From Heterodontus francisci (Eukaryota): a stretch of DNA of 64,000 nt. The stretch spans positions 3,658,001-3,722,000 of the forward strand of contig NC_090404.1 of assembly GCF_036365525.1 (NCBI RefSeq), written 5' to 3'. Position numbers and translations under genes: made by a program. The notes beneath the pieces are model-generated. The model was not told where the DNA came from and searched no databases. It saw only the letters and a program-made list of their open reading frames with translations. Every line of letters starts with the position of its first letter. The stretch's first letter is position 1. Of this stretch, positions 37,001 through 51,179 are shown piece by piece.

Positions 37001-39734
37001 ATCCACCGTGTGGAGCCTCACTCATCTGCATAGGGACATTGATCAAAACTTTAAAGACTGAGAGCAGATATGCACTGAGCTGAGTAACATAGAGGGCAGC
37101 ATTCACCCACCTGCACAGGTACATTGCTCGTATCGTTAACCATTGAGTATGGAGAGACAGTCACCTGATCCACCGTGGGGAACTTCATTCACCTGCACAG
37201 TTTACATTGTTAAGATTTTTAACCATTGAATACAGACAATATATGGGTTGATGAACAGAGGGGGCCTTACTCACCTGAATAGGTACGTTGCTCAGATGTT
37301 AAACTTCGAGTACTTACAAGGATACGACTGTTCCACCGTTGGGGCCTCACTTACTTCCACTTGCACATTGCTCAGAGCTACCTTTCATTTTATTATTTCA
37401 TGGTTTTAACCCACTGTTTATATTTCTTCTCCCTGCCCAGAGCTTTTTAAACCTCTATTTATCCACATGTTACTGTTTTCCGATTGCTCGTTTCTCCCCA
37501 TTTCCAAAATTCCATTCACAATCCCCAGATCCTCCCTTGGCATAAACATATGGGAACAGTCATTTCAAACAGATGTTGAAAAAACAGACAGGGAACAAAA
37601 AATAACAAAGAACAGGTTAAAATAAAATATTTTTTGTATGAAATAGGACAATGCAAGTAATGGAATGAAAGGAAGATCTGATCAATGACCCTGTACAGGT
37701 GACTGTGTGTTCCCTCGGTGGATCAGCTCAGTGCGTGTCGATGCTCAATTGTCAAAAGACGATTCCCGCATCGCAGCTTTAGACTCAGTTCCCAGCGGCA
37801 GAGGGCTGATACTGGCACAGGGCAGAAGCCATCGCCCATCCCATCACCACCATCACCCTGGATACAGACAATTCCCCTTGGAGTCTTCCACACCTCGGAG
37901 CGGGGTCTGTGATGCAGAAAGCTGTTACTTGGTAGTTGCGGGGCTCTGCACTGGGCAGAGCGGGGTTTGTGTGATTAGCCTCTGTGATATTAGCGGAAGT
38001 CAGAGTCATTCACCTTCAGTCAGGTTGATAACTGTCTCTGTATCTTTAAACTTCCTGACTCACTGCACAGGTACTGAAAATGTATTGTAGAATCGTGGTT
38101 TATGAAGAGAGGCATGGTCTGGTGAAGTAACAACTGAGATAGGGTCTAACGTGTTATAAAAAGAAAGGGTCTAGTATAGTATAAACAGAGACAAGGTCTA
38201 GTGTAATATTAACAGAGACGTGGTCCAGTGCAACATAAACAGAGGCATATCCCAGTGCAATAGTTAGTGAGACAGGTACTCATGCAATATAAACAGAGAC
38301 CTATTCTAGTGCAGTTTAGCTGAGACAGGATCCAGAGTAATTTAAACAGAGACATGGTCTAGTTCAGTAATAATTGATGGCCTAGTAAAAAATAAATATA
38401 GATCGTGTCTACTGCATTAATAACTGAGACCGTCGCAAGGGTGACCCATGGGTGAAAAGAGTTCACACTTCTTACCAGATCATCTTAAACCTGATTGTGG
38501 CGGCGTTGACAGAATGGGTGTTAGCATTTGTTGATCTATATTTTTGTTATCGAGGGCACATCGAGTGGGATGGAGACAGGCTGGAGAATCTACTCCCCGG
38601 AGGACAGGTGAGCTCACCAATTTATTCCGAGTAGGTTCTAGGGACACAGTGAGATTTGAAACCACAGAGTTTCTGATAGACAATTTCCAGATCTGCCAAC
38701 GAGTGAAGCTATCTCCAGGCACCTTAGTTCAGCAGTTAATGGCCGACTCGGTGTGCGACTTGTATAATACTGGTGGAGATTAGCTTTTCCAGTCTGATGC
38801 TGCAGGGTGATTACTGCGGGCTTGCTGCCATCTGGTGGAATCAATCAGAAGTTCTCTCTCAGCAATGTTTTCTTCATTCGGAGAACTTTTATTTCGGAGT
38901 TCATTTCCTAACACATTCAGAAGGAGACCACACTAAAATGGTTGTGATAATTAAATAGTTAGTACAGGACAAAGTGAATTGAACAGTGAGATTGTTAAGA
39001 ATCTTACCTGCTAAGGCAACAAATATAGCAGAAGTGACATTACCGTCCCCATTGGGAGCAGACTTTGGCTCTTGTTCGTGCACTGACTCAAACTCGTATC
39101 TTGCACGTTTTTGAGCTTATATGTGTTGTAGATCTTATGCTCTTAGTCACAAGTTTCTAACGTCATAACATGTCAATGTATTCAGGTTATGTTTGATTGA
39201 TACTAAGCACTTTCATTAAATTAAATCATTTTCTTTAGCGAGTGTGCGCGCCACTTTTTATCTTTGTGTAATGTCCTTTTCACGGTTTTTACGTCACTTT
39301 TGCAACATTTTTGATACTTTTTTATATTACAATTTTGTATTCAGTCGGTCTTTGACCATCTGGACTCTTGCCTAGAACAGACTACACCTGTCTTTAGTGA
39401 TTATTAGTCCATCAATCATTGTTTGTCAGCTTCTATTCCTGTCCTCTTCGAACCAAATTTTATCGTAGAATCTTAGTTTTAATATGTGTAAAAGTCTTTA
39501 AGATTGAGAAATGTTTAATCAAGCTCCTTTAATTATTCGGATCTTCCCCATCTCGCGTGCCTGCCTATACTGTAGACTGATATTTTGAATCAAACATTAC
39601 TTGTTCACTTGCAGTGAGTTATATCCGAAGCAGCGGTGCCTGGGTATAACAAATTCCACGCTACCTGCTGGAGTTTGTATTTTCAATGTGAATGGCGAGT
39701 TCCCAGAGATTCACAGATAAACAGCAGCCAATTC

Positions 39735-40044
39735 TTCCCCTACTCCCTGCACAGTAATAGACCGCGGTGTCAGACAGCCGCAGCTCCGAGATGATCAATC
39801 GGTCCAACTTGTCTGACTGCTGGACTATATCAGAAAACCCGTTCTGAGAGAAATCCGCCTTAAATACAACACCGCTGCTAGTGTCCCTTCAGACTGCAAA
39901 CTCGGACTGTCTGCCTCGGTATTGGCGGTTGCAGAATAAGTAATAACCCTTGTCTGCATAGTTCCAGGTTTAAGTGGCATTTTCTCCCCTCTGTTTGTGT
40001 GAGCGAGGACTCCCGATGAGAAACAAAATCTCCATCGCTCAGAT
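39735..40044 (-). pseudogene. TCR V-alpha/delta pseudogene (copy 2)
   Basis: Paralogue of 13770-14081. Shares the frameshift, Cys/Trp losses and stop, plus an extra TAA; ends ...SELRLSDTAVYYCAGSRG. Confidence 0.82.
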
Positions 40045-41069
40045 CTCGAACAGATCTTACAGAAAGCGGAAGTCATCGATTAAACGTTCACGCTGGCGGT
40101 GAAAATTCGCATTCAGTGTTTTATAAATTTAAATATAATCTAAAGCACAGAAAAGATCATTCGTCCCAACTGGTCCAAGCCAGGGTTCATACGCCCCCCG
40201 AGAATCCTTCACCCTCTTCATCTCACTCGATCAGCATCTCCTTCATCCTTTTCTCCCTCATCTGTTTACCCAGCTTCCCCTGAAATGCAACTATGCTATT
40301 CACCTCGATCCCTCCTTGTGGTGGCGAGTTCCACATTTTCATCGCTCTCTTGGTAAAGAGGTTTCTCCAGAATTCTCTATTGAATCCTTTGGTGACTCAT
40401 ATTTATAGCCCATAGACTTGGAATTCTCCACGAGTACAAATATCTCACCACGTCTACCCTATCGAACTCCTGCATAATTTTAAAGATATCTATCAGGTTA
40501 CCCTTCAGACCCCCAGTCTGTCCAATCGTTTCTAATAGATTGTCTGTCAATTCTAGTATCATTTCTGTAAATCGTTTTTTGCACTTTCTCCTGTTCCCCT
40601 ATATCCTTGTTGTAACATGGAGACCAGAACTGCTCACAATAACCCAAGTGTGGTCTAACTAAGATTCGATACAAGTTTATCATGAACTGCCTTCTATTTC
40701 ACATTTATTCCATTGATAATCAATCCCTTTCAAAAAAATTAATTTTTTACCAGCAATGTAGGTCACCCAGAGCACGGCGAGAATGGGAGCCGCATTGCCG
40801 TTGCTCTGGAATTCAAGCGCCTTGCTTTGCCTCAGAAACCTGTAAAACAAAAACAAAAAACAGGAAAGACATGATATTTGCCTAATGTCACTTCTTGCAG
40901 GGCATCAAGTAGAAAACGCTGAGAGGACTGATTCAGACTGGTCTGATGCCCCATCCATAACCACACATATGTGTGTTTTTTTAGGAGAACTGAGAGTTTA
41001 ATATCGTATTCTGCTGATCAGAGAGAAAGATTAATATCAATAGTCACCTGCATCTTAATTTGACCTGAG

Positions 41070-44000
41070 ATACAGCTTGATCTCCAATTCATCTGAGTCA
41101 GTTTGATCGCTAATTGATCTGAGACAGTTTGATCTCCAATTGATCTGAGACAGTTTGATCTCTAATTGATCTGAGATAGTTTGCTCTCTAATTGATTTGA
41201 GAGACAGTTTGATCTCTAATTGATCTGAGATAGTTTGATCTCTAATTGATCTGAGATAGTTTGATCTCTAAATGATCTGAAAAAGTTTGATCTCTAATTG
41301 ATCTGAGAGACAATTTGATCTCTAATTGATCTGAGAGACAGTTTGATCGCTAATTGATCTGAGACAGTTTGATCTCTAATTGATTTGAGAGACAGTTTGA
41401 TCTCTAATTGATCTGAGAGACAGTTTGATCTCTGATTGATTTGAGAGACAGTTTGATCTCTAATTGATCTGAGAGACAGTTTGATCTCTAATTGATTTGA
41501 GAGACAGTTTGATCTCTAATTGATGTGAGACAGTTTGATCTCTAATTGATCTGAGAGATAGTTTGATCTCTAATTGATCTGAGACAGTTTGATCTGTAAT
41601 TGATCTAAGACAGTTTGATCTGTAATTGATCTGAGATAGTTTGATCTCTAAATAATCTGAAACAGTTTGATCTCTAATTGATCTGAGAGACAATTTGATC
41701 TCTAATTGATCTGAGAGACAGTTTGATCGCTAATTGATCTGAAACAGTTTGATCTCTAATTGATTTGAGAGACAGTTTGATCTCTAATTGATTTGAGAGA
41801 CAGTTTGATCTCTAATTGATCTGAGATAGTTTGATCTCTAAATAATCTGAAATAGTTTGATCTCTAATTGATCTGAGAGACAATTTGATCTCTAATTGAT
41901 CTGAGAGACAGTTTGATCGCTAATTGATCTGAGACAGTTTGATCTTAATTGATCTAAGACAGTTTGATCTGTAATTGATCTGAGAGACAGTTTGATCTCT
42001 AATTGATCTGAGATAGTTTGATCTCTAAATAATCTGAAACAGTTTGATCTCTAATTGATATGAGAGACAATTTGATCTCTAATTGATCTGAGAGACAGTT
42101 TGATCGCTAATTGATCTGAGACAGTTTGATCTTAATTGATCTAAGACAGTTTGATCTGTAATTGATCTGAGAGACAGTTTGATCTCTAATTGATCTGAGA
42201 TAGTTTGATCTCTAAATAATCTGAAACAGTTTGATCTCTAATTGATCTGAGAGACAATTTGATCTCTAATTGATCTGAGAGACAGTTTGATCTCTAATTG
42301 ATCTGAAACAGTTTGATCTCTAATTGATTTGAGAGACAGTTTGATCGCTAATTGATTTGAGAGACAGTTTGATCTCTAATTGATCTGAGAGACAGTTTGA
42401 TCTCTGATTGATTTGAGAGACAGTTTGATCTCTAATTGATGTGAGACAGTTTGATCTCTAATTGATCTGAGAGACAGTTTGACCTCTAATTGATTTGAGA
42501 GACAGTTTTATCTCTAATTGATCTGAGACAGTTTGATCCCAAATGGAACTGAGAGACAGTTTGATCTCTAATTGATCTGAGACAGTTTGATCTCTAATTG
42601 ATCTGATAGACAGTTTGATCTCTAATTGATTTGAGAGACAATTTGATCGCTAATTGATCTGAGACAGTTTGATCTCTAATTGATCCGAGAGACGGTTTGA
42701 TCGCTAATTGATTTGAGAGACAGTTTGATCTCTAATTGATCTGAGACAGTTTGATCTCTAATTGATCTGAGACAGTTTGATCAGTAATTGATCTGAGAGA
42801 CAGTTTGATCTCTGATCTGAGTGAGTTTGATCTGTAATTGATCTGAAAGACAGTTTGATCTCTAATTGATCTGAGACAGTTTGATCTTAATTGATCTAAG
42901 ACAGTTTGATCTCTAATTGATCTGAGACAGTTTGATCTCTAATTGATCTGAGACAGTTTGATCTTAATTGATCTAAGACAGTTTGATCTGTAATTGATCT
43001 GAGAGACAGTTTGATCTCTAATTGATCTGAGACAGTTTGATCTTAATTGATCTAAGACAGTTTGATCTCTAATTGATCTGAGACAGTTTGATCTCTAATT
43101 GATCTGAGACAGTTTGATCAGTAATTGATCTGAGAGACAGTTTGATCGCTAATTGATCTGAGAGATAATTTGATCTCTAATTGATCTGAGACAGTTTGAT
43201 CTTAATTGATCTAAGACAGTTTGATCTGTAATTGATCTGAGAGACAGTTTGATCTCTAATTGATCTGAGACAGTTTGATCTCTAAATGATCTGAAAAAGT
43301 TTGATCTCCAATTGATCTGAGAGACAATTTGATCTCTAATTGATTTGAGAGGCAGTTTGATCTCTAATTGATCTGAGAGACAGTTTGATCTCTGATTGAT
43401 TTGAGAGACAGTTTGATCTCTAATTGATCTGAAAGACAGTTTGATCTCGAATTCATCTGAGACAGTTTGATATCTAATTGATTTGAGAGACAGTTTGATC
43501 TCTAATTGATGTGAGACAGTTTGATCTCTAATTGATCTGAGATAGTTTGATCTCTAATTGATGCGAGAGACAGTTTGATCTCTAATTGATCTGAGAGTTA
43601 GTTTGATCTCTAATTGATCTGAGTGAGTTTGATCTCTAATTGATCTGAGAGACAGTTTGATCTCTAATTGATCTGAGAGATAGTTTGATCGCTAATTGAT
43701 CTGAGACAGTTTGATCTGTAATTGATCTGAGACAGTTTGATCTTAATTGATCTAAGACAGTTTGATCTGTAATTGATCTGAGAGACAGTTTGATCTCTAA
43801 TTGATCTGAGACAGTTTGATCTCTAAATAATCTGAAACAGTTTGATCTCTAATTGATCTGAGAGACAATTTGATCTCTAATTGATCTGAGAGACAGTTTG
43901 ATCGCTAATTGATCTGAGACAGTTTGATCTTAATTGATCTAAGACAGTTTGATCGCTAATTGATCTGAAACAGTTTGATCTCTAATTGATCTGAGACAGT

Positions 44001-45275
44001 TTGATCTCTAATTGATCTGAGAGATAGTTTGATCGCTAATTGATCTGAGACAGTTTGATCTGTAATTGATCTGAGACAGTTTGATCTTAATTGATCTAAG
44101 ACAGTTTGATCTGTAATTGATCTGAGAGACAGTTTGATCTCTAATTGATCTGAGACAGTTTGATCTCTAAATAATCTGAAACAGTTTGATCTCTAATTGA
44201 TCTGAGAGACAATTTGATCTCTAATTGATCTGAGAGACAGTTTGATCGCTAATTGATCTGAAACAGTTTGATCTCTAATTGATCTGAGACAGTTTGATCT
44301 CTAATTGATTTGAGAGACAGTTTGATTTCTAATTGATCTGAGAGACAGTTTGATCTCTGATTGATTTGAGAGACAGTTTGATCTCTAATTGATCTGAAAC
44401 AGTTTGATCTCTAATTGATCTGAAAGGCAGTTTCATCTCGAATTCATCTGAGACAGTTTGATCTCTAATTGATTTGAGAGACAGTTTGATCTCTAATTGA
44501 TGTGAGACAGTTTGATCTCTAATTGATCTGAGAGACAGTTTGATCTCTAATTGATCTGAGACAGTTTGATCCCAAATGGAACTGAGAGACAGTTTGATCT
44601 CTAATTGATCTGAGACAGTTTGATCTCTAATTGATCTGAGAGACAATTTGATCTCTAATTGATTTGAGAGACAATTTGATCGCTAATTGATCTGAGACAG
44701 TTTGATCTCTAATTGATCCGAGTGACGGTTTGATCGCTAATTGATTTGAGAGACAGTTTGATCTCTAATTGATCTGAGACAGTTTGATCTCTAATTGATC
44801 TGAGACAGTTTGATCTCTAATTGATTTGAGAGACAGTTTGATCTCTAATTGATCTGAGAGACAGTTTGATCTCTGATTGAGTTGAGAGACAGTTTGATCT
44901 CTAATTGATCTGAAACAGTTTGATCTCTAATTGATCTGAAAGACAGTTTGATCTCGAATTGATCTGAGACAATTTGATCTCTAATTGATTTGAGAGACAG
45001 TTTGATCTCTAATTGATCTGAGAGACAATTTGATCTCGAATTGATCTGAGAGACAGTTTGATCTCTAATTGATCCGAGAGACAGTTTGATCTCTAATTCA
45101 TCCGAGAGACAGTTTGATCTCTAATTTATTTGAGAGACAGTTTGATCTCTAATTGTTCTGAGAGATGGTTTCATCACTAATTGATCGGAGACAGTTTGAT
45201 CCCTAATTGATCTGAGACAGTTTGATCCCTAATTGATCCGAGACACTGCTTGATCTCTAATTGATCTGAGAGACC
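41070..45275. repeat. GATC-rich satellite, ~4.2 kb array of the same unit
   Basis: Direct tandem repetition with recurring variant units, suggesting higher-order blocks. Confidence 0.97.
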
Positions 45276-46224
45276 TGCGTAGCCTGAGGAAAGATATCTC
45301 AAGGAGAAATAGACTGGAATTGAATGGAGAAGAAGACACTCAGTTTATGTCACTCACTGTCACGTAGACATCAGACTGAGCTGTTCGGCGGGGATGAGGC
45401 GTGGGCTGTGATGTGGGTGTTGTGTTTCATCAGCCTTCCGCTGGAGATACAGACAAGTGGAAGATTTACGCTGATCTCTCTGTACTAGCGACATCCCAAA
45501 CTGAATGGGAAATCTGCTGGCTCGTTTAGTAGATTAGTCTCTCATTCACGATTCCGCTAGCTCTCGCGACCAGAAAAAATCTATCCGACAGAGTGGATTG
45601 TCAATGATGTTTGCAAGACAAAGATTGCGTAACTTGTAAGCTTTCCCAGGTCAGGGTGCTGCATTATTTGTAGATTGAATACAAAGTAACAACCAACATG
45701 TTTGAAGAGAGATGATGGCGAATTGAACAGACCGGGTTGAACCAGGCAAGAGTTAGAGGATGTTCATTCATATCCGGTCTCTCTACCGATTGGTTAATTC
45801 CTCAAAGAGTCAACAGGTGACATGCAATCAGTTCACAGGACCTTTCTTCTACAATTCATTACGTCAGGGCGGGGAGCAGGAAATGGGTGCAGGAAATGTT
45901 CTCCTGACAACAGGAAACTGGACGAGGATTAAATTCAATGCTGGCCCTGAACAGAGTCCGTCTGTGAGGTGGAGCAGTGAGGGGAAATGGTTAATGTGCT
46001 TTCGTTATTAACGCCAGAGGCTCCTATTAAATGAGCTTCTCACTGACCATGGGAACCATCCACAGCCGATATTAAGAGGGATCTTACACAGAATGACATA
46101 GAGTCTGCAACACAGAAATGTGTCACTGGGCGCAACTTGTCTTTATTTTTGTTCTCGTTCTAATATCTGCGAATAAACTAGGCCCTAGGTCTAATCCAGT
46201 GAGAGGGGGTGGGAGTCATTTGTT

Positions 46225-46550
46225 GATTTTTGTATGGACTGGCTGGACCCCTGTAACAATGTGCGGCTCAGCGCACTGTGATACAGAGCAGAGTCAGGCA
46301 AAAAATCGCTGGCGATTTTAAAGAACCGTTTTCTTGTCTTGGTTAAAGGTAGCAGAGAACCGATCCAGAAAATCTGGAGACTTGTCCCCGGTTTCCTTGC
46401 CGTATCTCTTCAGTAAATATCTTGGAGCTTCCCCGGGATACAGTGGAGGTAGGAAAAGCTCTCCGATGTGAAGTAACTGCAATTCAGTATTATGATCTGT
46501 CCTCTTGAATCGTTAATGCAGGCGGATCCTGGAGACTGAGTCTTTGCCAC
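46225..46550 (-). pseudogene. TCR V-alpha/delta pseudogene with residual 23-RSS
   Basis: Frameshifted DSV/QDPPALTIQE/QIIILNCSYFTSESFSYLH/YPGEAPRYLLKRYG...DRFSATFNQDKKTV/KIASDFLPDSALYHSALS. RSS: CACATTG (46263-46257), 23 nt, ACAAAAATC (46233-46225). Confidence 0.82.
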
Positions 46551-47804
46551 TCGTTCGTGTAACATAAACACAAGAATATGTCAAAATTTTAGGGGTAAAT
46601 ATAACCCATGGAACACGCACTGACAATTTAACATCGGGTCACCGAGCAGCATGACCATTACGATCAGTAAGGAACATGAGGAGCAAATGGTGTAAGGTTT
46701 AGAGTTCCACAGAAAATAATAAAATCCTTTAAATATGTAGACACGTGCAGTCTGATATTAAACAGTAAACTCAGATAAGGGGGAGATTTCACTGGTTGTT
46801 CGAATGCGGGGAGGTTTCCCATTGAGAGGATTTGCTGGTCTGTCAGAACTGACAGTAGATGTGTGCCAATCAGTGCGAGCTGTGATCCACTTACTGATGT
46901 CTCCCGACAAACATTTTTTTTGCTTAGGCGTGTGAGTCTCTGTCTCTGTCTGTCTGTCTGTCTGTCTCTGTCTCTGTTTCTCTCTCTCTCTCTCTTTTTC
47001 TCTCTCACTGTCTATCTGCCTCCCCCTCTCTCTGTCTATCTGTGGCTCCCTTTCACTCTGTCTCGGTGTCAATCATTCTGTTTAACTCGGCCTCTGTCTC
47101 ACTCTGTTTGCTTGTCCCTCTGTCTCTCTTTGTCTGGACAGATCTCGTTCGCTTTGTCAAACTCGGCGTCTTTCTCTCTTCATCTGTCTCCGTTTCTCTC
47201 TTTTGGTGTCTCTCTTTTTAACTAGGCTCCACTTTGTTTGTTTAACTTGCTGTCTTTCTCATTCCCTCGTTTCCACAATCTCTATATCCACGCACCTCTC
47301 TCAGGAACATATGCAGCAGGAAAATAATAGAGATCAGTGCCCACGGTGTGTGTGACCACAGGTCTGTATATTTCTATCAGGACTCCCTCTGACTTCTGTC
47401 TTTGTTGTTTCGCTGCTAAACATTTGATTGGTGTTGCTGACTTCTAGACTGCATTCCCTGCCCATGTGGGACGTGATTTCAATATCTTTCTCTTTCTTTG
47501 ATTCTGACTGTCTCTCTCTGGCGTGTTCCATGCAAGTGCAGAGTGTAGAAAATCCAATTTCTCCCGAGCTCTCGGTTCAATGAGTTTCCCACATGAATTA
47601 CTCCATTAATAGCATCAGTTATAATGGATAAAAGATAATAACCATAGCTCAGGGGTACGTTTAATGTAGCAGCAGTTGCATTAAAATCCCAAAGAATGTA
47701 GGATAGGCATGAATGATGCGTCACGCTTACATCATTTGTATATGACAAGGTGATTAATCTTCTCTGTGGCTTCCTCTTTTAAACTAGCAATATTACTAGA
47801 GGAA

Positions 47805-48625
47805 CATAGATAGGCTGCAGAGCTGGGCTGAGAGATGGCAAATGGAGTTTAATGCGGAAAAGTGCGAGGTGATTCACTTTGGAAGGAGTAACAGGAATGC
47901 AGAGTACTGGGCTAATGGGAAGATTCTTGGTAGTGTAGATGAACAGAGAGATCTTGGTGTCCAGGTGCATAAATCCCTGAAGGTTGCTAACTAGGTTAAT
48001 AGGGCTGTTAAGAAGGCATATGGTGTGTTAGCTTTTATTAGTAGGGGGATCGAGTTTCGGAGCCACGATGTCATGATGCAGCTGTACAAAACTCTGGTGC
48101 GGCCGCACCTGGAGTATTGCGTGCAGTTCTGGTCACCGCATTATCGGAAGGATGTGGAAGCTATGGAAAGGGTGCAGAGGAGATTTACTAGGATGTTGCC
48201 TGGTATGGAGGGAAGGTCTTACGAGGAAAGGCTGAGGGACTTGAGGTTGTTTTCATTGGAGAGAAAGAGGAGGAGAGGTGACTTAATAGAGACATATAAG
48301 ATAATCAGAGGGTTAGATAGGGTGGATAGTGAGAGTCTTTTTCCTCGGATGGTGATGGCAAACATGAGGGGACATAGCTTTAAGTTGAGGGGTGATAGAT
48401 ATAGGACAGATGTCAGAGGTAGTTTCTTTAGTCAGAGAGTAGTAGGGGCGTGGAACGCCCTGCCTGCAACAGTAGTAGACTCGCCAACTTTAAGGGCATT
48501 TAAGTGGTCATTGGATAGACATATGGATGAAAATGGAATAGTGTAGGTCAGATGGTTTCACAGGTCGGCGCAACATCGAGGGCCGAAGGGCCTGTACTGC
48601 GCTGTAATGTTCTAATTCTAATTCT
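47805..48625 (+). mobile_element. CR1 LINE 3' fragment
   Basis: 173-aa ORF LYKTLVRPHLEYCVQFWSPH...; TTCTAA tail. Confidence 0.9.
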
Positions 48626-49311
48626 GCCATTATGACTGAATATTAAAAATAAACAAAAGGAATCACCAGGATTTAAAATGAAGTTGGCATTAACGCCAAG
48701 TATATGATTTTCTGCATTACATTGTTTTGACACATTAATAATAGTGAGAACGTGAATAATGTATCATACCTATGTAACAACTTCCTTCAGCAATTTGAGA
48801 ATTCATTAATTTCCCAGGCAGAACGTCATTTACTTCACATCGCCACCAGAAGAACTGCAGACCTGCTAGCCTAACGTCAGTCGTAGGGAAAATGCTGAAA
48901 TCCATAATAAAGAATGTGATAACAGGACACTTAGAAAATTATGGTAGGATTGGGCGGAGTCAACGTAGATTCATGAAAGGGAACTCATGTTTAACAAACA
49001 TATTGAAGTTTTCTAAGGATGTAACTAGCAGAAGAGATCAGGGAGAACCTGTGGATGTGGTCGACTTAGATTTTCAGAAAGTCTTTGATAAGGTTCCACC
49101 CAAGAGGTTTGTAAACAAATTATATCTCATGGTATTGGGGGCAATATTCGGGCATAGATTGAGAACTTATTAAGGGACAGAAAACAGAAAGTAGGGAAAA
49201 GTGGGTAATTTTCAGGTTGGCAAACTGTGACTAGTTGGGTACCGCAAGGATCAGTGCTTGGGCCCCAGTTATGATTTGGATGTGAGGATTAAGTGTAATA
49301 TTTCCAGGTTT

Positions 49312-50425
49312 GCCACAAAGCGGTCACCCAGTCTGCACTTGGTCTCCCCAATGTAGAGGAGACCACACTGTGAGCAGCGAATACAGTATACTACGTTGAA
49401 AGACGTACAAGTAAATCGCTGCTTCACCTGAAAGGAGTGTTTGGGGCCTGGGATAGTGAGGAGAGAGGAGGTAAATGGGCAGGTATTACACCTCTTGCGA
49501 TTGCAGGGGAAGGTGCCATGGGACGGGGACGAGGTGGTGGGGGTAATGGAGGAGTGGACCAGGGTGTCGCGGAGGGAACGATCCCTTCGGAATGCTGACA
49601 GGGGAAGGGAGGGGAAGATGCGACTGGTAGTGGCATCACGCTGGAGGTGGCAGAAATGGCGGAGGATGATCCTTTGGATATGGAGGCTAATGGGGTGAAA
49701 AGTGGGGACAAGGGGAACCCTGTCACGGTTCTGGGAGGGAGGGGAAGGGGTGAGGGTAGAGGTGCGGGGAATGGGCCGGACACGGTTGAGGGCCCTGTCA
49801 ACCACAGTGGGGGAAATCCTCGCTTGAGGAAAAAGGAGGTCATATCAGAAGCATCGTCATGGAAGGTAGCATCATCAGAGCAGATGCGTCGGAGACGGAG
49901 AAACTGGGAGAATGGAATGGAGTCCTTACAGGAGGTAGGGTGTGAAGAAGTGTAGTCGAGGTAGCTGTGGGAGTCAGTGGGCTTATAATGGATATTAGTA
50001 GACAACCTATCCCCAGAGATGGAGACAGAGAAGTCAAGGAAGGGAAGGGAAGTGTCAGAAATAGACCATGTAAAGGTGAGAGAAGGGTGGAAATTGGAAG
50101 CAAAGTTGATAAAGTTTTCCAGTTCGGGGCGGGAGCAGGGAACGGCACCAATACAGTCATCAATGTACCGGAAAAAGAGTTGGGGGAGGGGGCCTGAGCA
50201 GGACTGGAACAAAGAATACTCGACATATCCCACAAAAAGACAGGTATAACTAGGACCCATGCGGGTACCCATAGCGACACCTTTTACTTGAAGGAAGTGC
50301 GTGGAGTTGAAGGAGAAGTTGTTCAATGTGAGAACAAGTTCAGCCAGGCGGAGGAGGGTGGTGGTGGATGGGGACTGGTTGGGCCTCTGTTCCAGGAAGA
50401 AGCGGACAGCCCTCAAACCATTCCT
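49312..50425 (-). mobile_element. Penelope-like element (RT plus GIY-YIG)
   Basis: QVKGVAMGTRMGP, FRYIDD, LPFLD, YKPT; VVYCIRC..C.LLYIGET. Confidence 0.9.
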
Positions 50426-50429
50426 GGTG

Positions 50430-50670
50430 GGTAAAGTTCTTTCCACAGTCAGTGCACTAGAACACTCCCACTCAGCTGTGTGTGTCTCGGTGCTTTTACA
50501 GTCACACTGATGTTTGAAATCTTTTCCCACAGACAGATTAAACAAATGTTTCTTTTTGCACATTCAAAGACTAATGATATTCATGTCTTGATTAATTGAG
50601 TGACTGTGTTGAATCTTGATGTGATGTTTAGTTGGTGTTTCCCGTCAACAAATCTGCCCCGTCAAATATC
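50430..50670 (-). pseudogene. Truncated shark-type C2H2 ZNF last exon, cut by the Penelope insertion
   Basis: Acceptor ttatAG ending at 50671; sequence resembles the 5' part of the ZNF exon at 57915-58150 (CTDCGKNF-type finger start). Confidence 0.55.
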
Positions 50671-51179
50671 CTATAAAATGAATTTAAAGCAGGAAAAATG
50701 GAGTGTGAGAGAGAACAGAAACACAAAGACAGGATGTGAAATGGACCATATTGAAATGGGAATTTGTGGAGCTGGCACTAGAAAAAATGACTGAAAGCTG
50801 TCAGATTGTCATAAAAACCCACATGCCAACATTTTTATTTCAAATATGCACATGTAAAATGGATTAAAATTCTCGACAGAAATACTTGTGCCTAAAACAA
50901 TACTCTTTCACAAAACGGACAGTACCGATTTAACAACCCAATCTTCCCTAGTATCTACTGCACTTGACAGGCCAAACATTTGAAATCATTGGACCCCACT
51001 AAGCTCAGAAGGACTCGGGATTAAAACCAACCACTTCCCCGCCACCTCCATTCCAGTTTACCCTGTAATCTGTCTGTTTCAGCATTAAATATGCTCAATG
51101 ATGGAACGTCCACAAATCACTGGGTAGAGGATTCCAAAGAAAATAAAAGATAACACGATAAAAGATTGCTGGTAAAGCA

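Larger units (their letters stand above)
27678..45275. repeat. Segmental duplication copy 2
   Basis: Same order of SINE, inverted LINE pair, J, D, V, leader, V pseudogene and satellite as 1-15722. Confidence 0.95.

Noticed and set aside
41070-45275. Regular repeat array as a possible CRISPR
   Set aside because: No unique spacers, eukaryotic context and no cas genes; it is a satellite, and its ORFs are repeat translations.
46274-46280. Perfect CACAGTG inside the V pseudogene
   Set aside because: It arises from mutation of the YYC codons; the nonamer is 40 nt away, so it is not a 12/23 RSS.
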